DNA of 21,895 nucleotides from Candidatus Thorarchaeota archaeon. GTDB taxonomy: Archaea; Asgardarchaeota; Thorarchaeia; Thorarchaeales; Thorarchaeaceae. Where the stretch lies: assembly GCA_004524445.1 (NCBI GenBank), contig SDNP01000040.1:1-21895 (forward strand), in the 5' to 3' direction. A model generated the notes under the pieces. The model ran no database searches, had not been told where the DNA came from, and saw nothing but the letters and a program-made list of their open reading frames with translations. Position numbers and translations under genes: made by a program. Of this stretch, positions 1 to 7,731 are shown piece by piece; within the stretch, counting starts at the first letter, position 1, and every line of letters begins with the position of its first letter.

Positions 1-1
1 A

Positions 2-754
2 TCCATAGGATTTGATCAGGCCAATGCTTTGAATGAAACCGCTAAAGACTATCCGGATCAAGACTTTGCCATCGTCGATATGGTGGTAGACCAACCGAAT
101 ATAGCTAGTCTAGTATTCGATGAACACGAAGGTTCGGCTCTAGTCGGTGCTATTGCCGGCTTGATGACTGAAACAGACAAAATCGGATTCATTGGCGGTC
201 TTGATATTCCGCTCATCAACAAATTCGCGGCAGGCTATGTCTTTGGTGCTAATTATACGAATTTAGGCATCAACGCTACTGTAGCTTACACAGGCGATTG
301 GGTAGACACAACAGCTGGTCAGAATCTTGCAGACGGTATGTATGCCGGAGGAACCGACATCATTTTTGCAGCAGCTGGGCGGTCAGGGCTGGGAGTATTC
401 ACCAGCGCCAAAAACAACAATGACACCTACTCGTATCCACTTTGGGTCATTGGTGTTGATAGCCCACAGATGTATCTTGGCTGTGAAGATCCCGATAACC
501 CTGAGCCCCCAACAGTGGGTTTGACTTCCATGTTGAAGAGGGTAGACAATGCAGTCTATCAAACCATCAAGTCGAAGGTGGAAGGCACTTTCGAGGCGGG
601 AATTCAAGTATTCAACCTCGCTAATGGCGGTTTGGACTTCGAGATCAATGAAGACCTCCTTGAACTACCTGATGACGTAATCACTGCAGCTGAAGATTTG
701 CGTGATGATATCATCGCCGGCGACGTAGAAGTTCCCAGTGCGATCTACTGGTAA
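2..754 (+). CDS. BMP-family (PnrA/TmpC-like) nucleoside ABC transporter substrate-binding protein, 5'-truncated
   Basis: The frame is open from position 2 (SIGFDQANALNE...), so the real start lies outside the window. Motifs include F.EHEGSALVG, KIGFIGG.DIPLI..F.AGY, DIIFAAAG.SGLGV, WVIGVDS.Q and LTSMLKRVD.AVY. Cognate ATPase and permease genes follow. Confidence 0.93.
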   Translation, partial: SIGFDQANALNETAKDYPDQDFAIVDMVVDQPNIASLVFDEHEGSALVGAIAGLMTETDKIGFIGGLDIPLINKFAAGYVFGANYTNLGINATVAYTGDWVDTTAGQNLADGMYAGGTDIIFAAAGRSGLGVFTSAKNNNDTYSYPLWVIGVDSPQMYLGCEDPDNPEPPTVGLTSMLKRVDNAVYQTIKSKVEGTFEAGIQVFNLANGGLDFEINEDLLELPDDVITAAEDLRDDIIAGDVEVPSAIYW

Positions 755-770
755 GCGCAAACAGAATATC

Positions 771-807
771 AGAGAGGTTTTCCCCCTCTCTTTTCTTTTT
801 CTTTCTC
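771..807 (+). terminator. Hairpin plus T-rich tract after the binding-protein gene (terminator/attenuator or mRNA stabiliser)
   Basis: Stem AGAGAGG (771-777) pairs with CCTCTCT (785-791), followed by a long T/C tract. Confidence 0.65.
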
Positions 808-900
808 ATACCACAGTATTATATACGTGAGTGCAAAAATCCCTTCTCAAGTCCTAGACTGAAATAGCCCTCGAAGCTATGAAGCAAGGAGGCTAACTCA

Positions 901-2484
901 ATGTATGCGGTTGAACTTGAGCGTATCTCAAAGACGTTTCCCGGCGGTGTAGAGGCTAACAAGGACATTACCTTGAGAATAGAGGAAGGGGAGGTCCACG
1001 GTCTCTTGGGTGAGAACGGCGCAGGTAAGAGCACTCTTATGAACATTCTTTACGGGCTTATATCTAAGGACGAGGGCACTGTCAAAATTAAAGGCGAAAA
1101 GGTGGAACTCCATTCTCCACAGGATGCAATCATTCGAGGCGTAGGAATGGTTCATCAGCATTTCAAGCTTATTCCAACCCTTTCAGTTACTGAGAATGTA
1201 GTGTTGGGCCTAGAACCTGTCCTTACGAAATTCGAAACCGTTCACGAGCACAGCAGGCTTCCGATTACACAATTGATGCCTACTGACATTAATGGCGCGG
1301 CTAAGAGGATCAAAGAGATAGGTGAGGAAAATGGGATGGGAGTTGACCCAATGGCCAAAATCCAAGATATCTCAGTCGGGCAACAACAGAGAATAGAAAT
1401 CATCAAGACCTTATACAGAGAGGCAGATATCCTAATACTTGATGAGCCCACTTCCGTACTCACGCCTCAAGAAGTTGATGAGCTATTTGTTACTCTTGAG
1501 AGATTTCGAAAGGCAGGTAGGACCATTATTTTGATCACACACAAGCTGAGAGAGCCCTTGGCATTGTGTGATCGGATTACTGTTTTGCGAAATGGCGAAC
1601 TGGTTGGTACAGTACAGACCGAAGATACATCTCGAGAGGAGTTGGCAAGGATGATGGTTGGCAGAACAGTTGTCTTTGAAACCGAGAAGGGTCCCTGCAA
1701 CCCCGGTGATGTTGCATTAGAATTGAGAAACCTCCAAGTTAAAGATAGTCGAGGCCTACTGGCAGTCAACGGAATCAGCCTAGAGATTAGATCAGGAGAG
1801 ATTTTTGGTATTGCAGGAGTAGAAGGTAATGGTCAAACTGAACTTGTCGAGGCAATAGCGGGAATAATAGAGCCCACCTCGGGAAGAATACTCGTGGATG
1901 GAAATGACCTTACCGGAAACTCTGCTAGGAACATCAGAGATGCAGGCGTAAGTCATATTCCTGAAGACCGACAAAAACGTGGTTTAGTACTTGGCTTCTC
2001 GGTGAAAGAGAATCTTGCATTAGGTAGACATCATCTATCACCTTATGCTACAGGTCCCATGCAGTCACTTCTCAATTTTCAGATAATGTCGCAGGCATCA
2101 GAAGAACTGGTAGAAACGTACTCAATCATGCTATCAGATATTGATGAACCAGCGAGCACATTATCAGGAGGAAACCAGCAAAAAGTTGTCGCAGCAAGAG
2201 AGCTATCTTCCATGCCAAAGGTGATTCTAGCAGCACAACCCACTAGAGGTCTTGATGTTGGTGCTACGGAATATATCCGCAATGTTCTCGTAAGAATGAG
2301 AGATGAAGGAGTTGCGATTTTATTGGTATCCGCTGAGTTGGATGAGATAATGAATCTAGCAGATAGGATTGGAGTGATTTACAAGGGCAGATTGGTCGCT
2401 GAGCGTAAACCAGAAGAAACGAGTAATGAAGAACTGGGACTATTGATGGCTGGAGAAAAGTCAAATCTGACAAGGGAGGAATGA
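901..2484 (+). CDS. Nucleoside/sugar (CUT2-type, NupA/YufO-like) ABC transporter ATP-binding protein with two NBDs
   Basis: Walker A GENGAGKST, MVHQHF, Walker B ILILDEPT and ITHKL in the first NBD. The second NBD has GVEGNGQT, IPEDR, LSGGNQQK and AQPTRGLDVG. GGAGG lies 8 nt before the ATG. Confidence 0.95.
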   Translation: MYAVELERISKTFPGGVEANKDITLRIEEGEVHGLLGENGAGKSTLMNILYGLISKDEGTVKIKGEKVELHSPQDAIIRGVGMVHQHFKLIPTLSVTENVVLGLEPVLTKFETVHEHSRLPITQLMPTDINGAAKRIKEIGEENGMGVDPMAKIQDISVGQQQRIEIIKTLYREADILILDEPTSVLTPQEVDELFVTLERFRKAGRTIILITHKLREPLALCDRITVLRNGELVGTVQTEDTSREELARMMVGRTVVFETEKGPCNPGDVALELRNLQVKDSRGLLAVNGISLEIRSGEIFGIAGVEGNGQTELVEAIAGIIEPTSGRILVDGNDLTGNSARNIRDAGVSHIPEDRQKRGLVLGFSVKENLALGRHHLSPYATGPMQSLLNFQIMSQASEELVETYSIMLSDIDEPASTLSGGNQQKVVAARELSSMPKVILAAQPTRGLDVGATEYIRNVLVRMRDEGVAILLVSAELDEIMNLADRIGVIYKGRLVAERKPEETSNEELGLLMAGEKSNLTREE

Positions 2485-2487
2485 ATT

Positions 2488-3990
2488 ATGGAAGATTCAG
2501 GAATCGGTAAGAAACAAACAAAACAGGACAACCCCAGCATATTCACTCCGGAGTGGTTCCAAGCAACCGTACTTGACCCATTTTTCAGCAAAGTCAAAGA
2601 CACCGCATTCCAAAAGCAAGTGGCTGCATCGTTGGGATCAGTCGTTCTTGCAATGCTCATTGCGACGGTTGTAATGCTAATGTCAGGTTATAATGCAGGT
2701 CTGGCCTTCATCGCCCTAATTAGAGGTGCAATCCTTTCATGGGACAGAGTCCTCTTTAGGGCCACACCATTAATATTCACTGGCTTATCTGTTGCTTTAG
2801 CTTTCAAATCTGGGCTCTTCAATATAGGGCCCGAAGGTCAGGTCTTTATTGGTGCTATGGCGGCAACCGTTGTTGGATATATGATAGCCCTGCCAATTTT
2901 TATTCATCCTATAGTTGCTCTATTTGTAGCAGGTCTGATGGGTGGAATTTGGGGCTTCGTTCCTGGGCTTCTAAAAGCATATCGTGGTGCTCATGAAGTT
3001 GTAACGACAATGATGCTTAGTTACACTGCAATACTACTGACGCACTATCTTGTTGCAGGTCCATTCTTGGAGCCAGGGAATGAATATATCCTGCAAACTC
3101 CGCCGATATTTGGCTCTGCGGAATTACCAAAGCTCACAGGCTCATTTCTAAGCTGGGCTTTCTTGGTAGGAATACTCGCGGTTATTGTCGTTGATTTTTT
3201 GATTAATCGAACTGTTCTTGGTTACGAGATGAGAGCAGTCGGATTGAATAAGGATGCGGCAGAATATGCGGGAATTAATTCAAAACGAACCATGGCACTC
3301 TCATTAGGTCTCGCAGGAGCTCTAGCAGGAATGGGCGGTGCGGGCGAGATTTTAGGATATCATCATCGGTTTATTGATAACTGGAGTTCAGGTCTTGGAT
3401 GGGATGGAATCACGGTTGCTGTACTTGGAGGAAATAATCCTTGGGGTGTTCTTGTTGGTGCAATATTCTTTGGAGCTCTTAAGACTGGAGGAAATAGCAT
3501 GCAACGAATTGCCGGTGTTCCTTCTGAGATGGTCAGCGTTATTCAGGGGCTGATTGTCGTCTTTGTAGCTGCGCCCCGGATAATCAATTGGATCTCCAAG
3601 CAAAGCCGAGAAGAATTTGACTGGCTAAGACGCTTTCCGAGAGAAGGCGGTCCTCACTTCATAACGCTTGGAGTCACACTAGTAGCATCGATTCTAGGCT
3701 TCAGCCTGATGGGCTCTGTTTCAACTACTAGCATGATGGCGGGTACAGTAATTTTCGTCGCCAGCCTGATCGGGATAGTTGCGTTTGTGTACATGTTTTC
3801 AAGGGAGCTGAGAGGTCTGCAGCTTGCTGTTCTATCGGGAATTTGCTGGTTTGTAGCAACGGCTATAGGATTCATGGTTGGTAACATTGCATTGCTGCTA
3901 TCCAGTCTCATACTTGGAGCCATAATGACAGTGTTTGGGTTGGTTACAATGATTGGATACAAGAGGCTATTGGAGGAGGATGATGCCTGA
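2488..3990 (+). CDS. Nucleoside ABC transporter permease (BPD_transp_2) with an extra C-terminal TM extension
   Basis: Motifs ATPLIFTGLSVA, GLFNIG.EGQ, HEVVTTMML, GYEMRAVG.N..AA.YAGI and GWDGITVAVLG.NNP. GGAGG lies 8 nt before the ATG. Confidence 0.93.
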   Translation: MEDSGIGKKQTKQDNPSIFTPEWFQATVLDPFFSKVKDTAFQKQVAASLGSVVLAMLIATVVMLMSGYNAGLAFIALIRGAILSWDRVLFRATPLIFTGLSVALAFKSGLFNIGPEGQVFIGAMAATVVGYMIALPIFIHPIVALFVAGLMGGIWGFVPGLLKAYRGAHEVVTTMMLSYTAILLTHYLVAGPFLEPGNEYILQTPPIFGSAELPKLTGSFLSWAFLVGILAVIVVDFLINRTVLGYEMRAVGLNKDAAEYAGINSKRTMALSLGLAGALAGMGGAGEILGYHHRFIDNWSSGLGWDGITVAVLGGNNPWGVLVGAIFFGALKTGGNSMQRIAGVPSEMVSVIQGLIVVFVAAPRIINWISKQSREEFDWLRRFPREGGPHFITLGVTLVASILGFSLMGSVSTTSMMAGTVIFVASLIGIVAFVYMFSRELRGLQLAVLSGICWFVATAIGFMVGNIALLLSSLILGAIMTVFGLVTMIGYKRLLEEDDA

Positions 3991-4949
3991 TGCAGGGAGC
4001 GGATGCAATCACATTTGCCCTTATTGGATGGTTGATACGGGCTACGTTGCAGATGGCAACGCCACTCGTTCTAGCTGCTCTTGGGGGTATGTTCAGTGAG
4101 CGTTCGGGTGTCGTAAACATAGGCCTAGAGGGAATGATGTTGGTTGGAGCATTTTCAGCTGTTGCCGTAACGTACTTCACAGATAATCCATGGTTTGGTT
4201 TTGCTATTGCAATTCTTGCTGGCGGTGCATTGGCGGCCGTTCATGCCATAGTTTGTGTTAAATTCAAGGGCAACCATATTGTGAGCGGTACAGGTATAAT
4301 CCTCTTGGGCGCAGGAATAACGACTTTAGGACTGGAATTAGTTTGGGGCATCAAGGGCAGGTCAGATGAGGTCTTTGGTTTACCCAATGTCGTAATCCCC
4401 CAAATCCAAGGAATTCCAATAATTGGCACAGCATTTGGGTCTCTTTCGCCAGTGATCTACTTGATGTTTATTATGACTGTAGTTTGCTGGTACGTCCTGT
4501 ATCGAACACCATTTGGGTTGCGCTTGCGAGCTGCTGGTGAGGATCCAAGTACCCTTGATACTGCTGGTGTGAATGTAGAGTGGTATCGCGCAATTGGAGT
4601 CATTCTCAGCGGATGCCTTGCAGGAATGGGTGGCGCATACCTATCAATTGGTTTTGAGAATGCATTTGCAAAAGGCATGACCGCTGGAAGGGGCTTCATT
4701 GCCTTGGCTGCCTTAATATTCGGAAACTGGACACCGATTGGTTGCCTTTTGGCAGGGATATTCTTTGGATTCTTATATGGACTCGATTACGCTCTCCAAC
4801 TAACATTGGGCATTGAAGTCGTTGGAGATTACATTAGTTTCATTCAGATGGTACCCTATCTGCTCGTCATCGTCGCACTAGCAGGCATCAGAAGATCAAT
4901 TCCACCGAAGGCGGTGGGCGTTCCTTATGAAAAAGAAAAGCGTGCATAG
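3990..4949 (+). CDS. Nucleoside ABC transporter permease, second subunit
   Basis: Motifs ATPLVLAALGG.FSERSGVVNIGLEG, FGLRLRAAGE.P...DTAGVNV, GRGFIALAALIFG.W.P, PY and P.A.G.PY. TGATG overlap with the upstream gene. Confidence 0.94.
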   Translation: MQGADAITFALIGWLIRATLQMATPLVLAALGGMFSERSGVVNIGLEGMMLVGAFSAVAVTYFTDNPWFGFAIAILAGGALAAVHAIVCVKFKGNHIVSGTGIILLGAGITTLGLELVWGIKGRSDEVFGLPNVVIPQIQGIPIIGTAFGSLSPVIYLMFIMTVVCWYVLYRTPFGLRLRAAGEDPSTLDTAGVNVEWYRAIGVILSGCLAGMGGAYLSIGFENAFAKGMTAGRGFIALAALIFGNWTPIGCLLAGIFFGFLYGLDYALQLTLGIEVVGDYISFIQMVPYLLVIVALAGIRRSIPPKAVGVPYEKEKRA

Positions 4950-5020
4950 CAAATTCACCAATAAATTATTGACATCCACAAGGTATTCTTAAAAGAGAAA
5001 ATTCTGCGGAGGATGCTACA

Positions 5021-5464
5021 GTGAAGGTCATTCATAACCGCAACCCAATGCTTCTATGCCTTCTTGGGGGCATATTGATGATAGCATCAGGTATAGGCGG
5101 CTCCATGGGGTACTTGGTAGAGCTCGAAGGACCTCTTCAGAATGGAGTAGATTCAGCTCTTTCAATGACTCTTGACCTCATTATGGCCATTCTTACCGTA
5201 CTAACAGCATTGGCCGGACTGGGCCTTATCATTGCTGGATTCATCCTGACAACAAAGTACGTAGAGCCTGCTAGGTACGCAATAATTGTAACTGTTGGGA
5301 CTGGTGTGCTTAGCCTTACCATGAGCCTAGTGCAGCTTGCTATGGCTGGCGTGCTGCGGATGGACCTCACAGTTCAGTTAGTACAATCATTGGGCTGGAT
5401 TGGTGCCATGTTTGGCGTAATAGCCCGAGTCGTTTCAAAGCAGCAGTCAATTGTTTCCAACTAG
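5021..5464 (+). CDS. Small membrane protein (about 4 TM), unknown function
   Basis: GGAGG lies 8 nt before the GTG. The 147-aa product has four Gly-rich hydrophobic segments. Confidence 0.75.
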   Translation: MKVIHNRNPMLLCLLGGILMIASGIGGSMGYLVELEGPLQNGVDSALSMTLDLIMAILTVLTALAGLGLIIAGFILTTKYVEPARYAIIVTVGTGVLSLTMSLVQLAMAGVLRMDLTVQLVQSLGWIGAMFGVIARVVSKQQSIVSN

Positions 5465-5471
5465 GCTTCTT

Positions 5472-5867
5472 TTAGACGTCATATATTGAAACAGAGGTTT
5501 CTAAATTCTTTGCTGCTTGTATGCATTCTCGGAGAATTCCGGACTTGTCAGCATCCATGGGTGCAAACGCAATAACAAACCAAATTCCTTTCCCGGTGGC
5601 CATAATGATACTTGTGGCACCAGATGGATTGATGGCAACTAGGCTTTTGTCGCTGTTGAGGACTGTGATAAACGGGATATTCTTTACCATGAATTGGCTT
5701 ACTTCTCCATTCCATGCTCGTACTAAAGTATAAAAATCATCTTTCTTTAGGTGAAGATTCTCGGTCATATATCCGGGGTTATTTTCGACACTAAATACAC
5801 ATGCGCCAGTTATTTCGGAGTAGTTGGACATCGCAATTTGTATGGTTCGCTTAATTCTTGCACTCAA
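5472..5867 (-). CDS. Profilin-like protein (Asgard type, divergent)
   Basis: 131 aa with TTG start. The pattern helix-YSEITGACVF-GYMTENL-LVRAW-(beta strands)-LVAINPSG-FVIAFAP-C-terminal helix recalls Thor/Loki profilins (ITGxxV, YxTxNW, AW, LVATNxxG). Recognised from memory, not aligned. Confidence 0.65.
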   Translation of the reverse strand: MSARIKRTIQIAMSNYSEITGACVFSVENNPGYMTENLHLKKDDFYTLVRAWNGEVSQFMVKNIPFITVLNSDKSLVAINPSGATSIIMATGKGIWFVIAFAPMDADKSGILRECIQAAKNLETSVSIYDV

Positions 5868-5967
5868 TGTGGTAGCCCTGTTGAGTTAAGAGCTCTGCAA
5901 GAAATAGGTATTGCGTGCATGTAGCACAAACCATTAGAAATCTGAAATGAAGGAGAGAACAATTGTA

Positions 5968-6561
5968 TCAGGAGGCAATAGCGACTGCTTTTGCCATGAG
6001 AATACTTCTGCTATGCAATTCGTTGTTGCTGATCCAAGTTACAAGCTTGCCATCTTCAACAGACATGCCATGACGTAGTGCAATATTTCTCAAATCTGGA
6101 TGATTCAAGTATGGTGATTCTAATCTATAAACAAACCACTCGTCTGAACCCTGTTCCTTAATCCTGCATCTTATGTTGATCTCGTTGCCTTCACCCATGT
6201 CAACTCTGAATCGCTTTCCAAGAGAATGTGAAATCTTCGCTTTTGGTCCGAAAACTCCATTCAGAACCGCATTTGTATAGTTTGCTGCAGGAGTAGGTAA
6301 AAATGCCCATGTCCAGAAGGCATATCCAAATACCATGAGAGCAAAAGTCACAATGAAACCAACTGTGTTGAATGAGTAGACCACCTCGAAGCCCTGTGAC
6401 CAGCCGGGTGGGAACCATTCCTGTGGCAGAGATTCAATCTCATAGATATCAGGGCTATAGAATATGTAAAGGGCCGCAGAGAATACTACGAGTAGAGTTG
6501 CAAATGCAATCTTTTGTCTTTCTCGGTAAAGACTCTTGGCATTCTCGAGTAACCGGTCCAT
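5968..6561 (-). CDS. Membrane protein with 2 TM helices and a C-terminal soluble domain, unknown function
   Basis: GGAGG lies 8 nt before the ATG, which directly abuts the upstream TAG. TMs are IAFATLLVVFSAALYIFY and VGFIVTFALMVFGYAFWTWAFL. Confidence 0.78.
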   Translation of the reverse strand: MDRLLENAKSLYRERQKIAFATLLVVFSAALYIFYSPDIYEIESLPQEWFPPGWSQGFEVVYSFNTVGFIVTFALMVFGYAFWTWAFLPTPAANYTNAVLNGVFGPKAKISHSLGKRFRVDMGEGNEINIRCRIKEQGSDEWFVYRLESPYLNHPDLRNIALRHGMSVEDGKLVTWISNNELHSRSILMAKAVAIAS

Positions 6562-6915
6562 CTAATGTTCCTCCAGGGTCTTTTCATATACCTTGCGTGT
6601 TTCCTTTCCGTAGGTTCTGCACAATGCGACGAGGACAGAGAGCAGCGGATGTTCGTTGTTGATTCGTATTGCATAGAGCTTTGGCGTTAGCTCATCGATG
6701 AGTATCAACTCGTTTTCCTGCAAATGCGATAGGACTCCTCTATAGAGGCTCCTTGATTTGCCACTGTAACCGATTAGTCGGCTGAGCTGTACTCCGCTGA
6801 CACTACGTGGGTAAATATGAGCTAATGCCAATAGAATTGCACGCCGAGTGCTATTAAGCGATGCGAACAACTGGATGAGCTCATATACTGAATGCAGTGT
6901 TTCGTCGTCTTCCAT
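6562..6915 (-). CDS. Winged-helix (ArsR-like) DNA-binding protein
   Basis: LFASLNSTRRAILLAL...VSGVQLSRLIGY...LY..VLSHLQENELI followed by a beta wing. ATG 6915 (MEDDE) is preferred over 6960. Confidence 0.72.
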   Translation of the reverse strand: MEDDETLHSVYELIQLFASLNSTRRAILLALAHIYPRSVSGVQLSRLIGYSGKSRSLYRGVLSHLQENELILIDELTPKLYAIRINNEHPLLSVLVALCRTYGKETRKVYEKTLEEH

Positions 6916-7099
6916 ATTTCTCAACACACTATAGACCTTTATGTGCGCCAGAATACACATTGCGAATTCATAATGCTAGCAAGAATTTTATCGGTTTGTT
7001 CTTTGCTCTCCCAGCTTCTCTAATGGAGAATCCAACTATTTCATTCTTGTGTATTATAGCTGCTCGTCCATGCATTGAGTAGTATTGAACCGCATAGAG

Positions 7100-7107
7100 T
7101 TAATAAA
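7100..7107 (+). promoter_or_regulatory. Putative TATA box for the 7161/7732 operon
   Basis: TTAATAAA lies about 40 nt upstream of the GGAGGT SD at 7148-7153. Confidence 0.4.
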
Positions 7108-7160
7108 CTTCGTTTGTGAGATATGATATATCTCTACTCACATTAACGGAGGTTTCAAAA

Positions 7161-7727
7161 ATCGGATCATTTGGAAGTAAATTCCTTGGATGGCTAGTAG
7201 CTGTCGCGATCGTACTTATCGCGGGATGGTTCCTGCTGCCTTCAGGGTATAACACGTTAGTCTTGTGGCTTGCGCCACAACTCGGAAATTACATTCGTCC
7301 GACTCTTGTTCTTGTCAACGCACTGCTAGTAGACCCACTCAATAACCTGCAGATGGTGGCCATTTGGGGTGCTGCGGGATTCATTGCTGGAGTGCTTGCT
7401 GGAACGAAGAAAGGGGCGTTTGCTGTGGGCCTGCTGGCCTGGCTCACGATGGTATTAATGCTTGTATTTCTGGTCTTTCAGCTATTTACAACTGGTGTAG
7501 AACTTGGTACAATTCCCCCCATTCCGCCAGGTTCATCAATAGCGGATGTTTTAGGGATTCCACTTGTTCAATCAGTAATAGATGAGCTGTTGCCACTTAT
7601 TGCCGGCAGTGGTGGAAGTCCAGATATTGGCTCGCTTCTGCAGCCATTGATAATTTGGTTCTTGACACCCCTAATTGTTGTAATTGTCACAGGAATCATT
7701 GGCGCTGTAGTGCGCCCAAAGGAGTGA
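7161..7727 (+). CDS. Multi-pass membrane protein, unknown function; probable ATC start (ORF track gives GTG 7116)
   Basis: There are 4-5 hydrophobic segments and a Pro-rich loop (TIPPIPPGSS). GGAGG at 7148-7152 sits 8 nt before an in-frame ATC. Confidence 0.75.
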   Translation: MGSFGSKFLGWLVAVAIVLIAGWFLLPSGYNTLVLWLAPQLGNYIRPTLVLVNALLVDPLNNLQMVAIWGAAGFIAGVLAGTKKGAFAVGLLAWLTMVLMLVFLVFQLFTTGVELGTIPPIPPGSSIADVLGIPLVQSVIDELLPLIAGSGGSPDIGSLLQPLIIWFLTPLIVVIVTGIIGAVVRPKE

Positions 7728-7731
7728 GAGA

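Noticed and set aside
5472-5867. Roadblock/LC7 or longin assignment
   Set aside because: The Y.TEN, AW and LVA.N..G pattern fits Asgard profilins better. This cannot be excluded without structure prediction.
6916-7099. Intergenic stretch as a small ORF (about 35 aa, minus strand) or ncRNA
   Set aside because: No SD, motif or convincing stem was found; it is best explained as a divergent promoter region.
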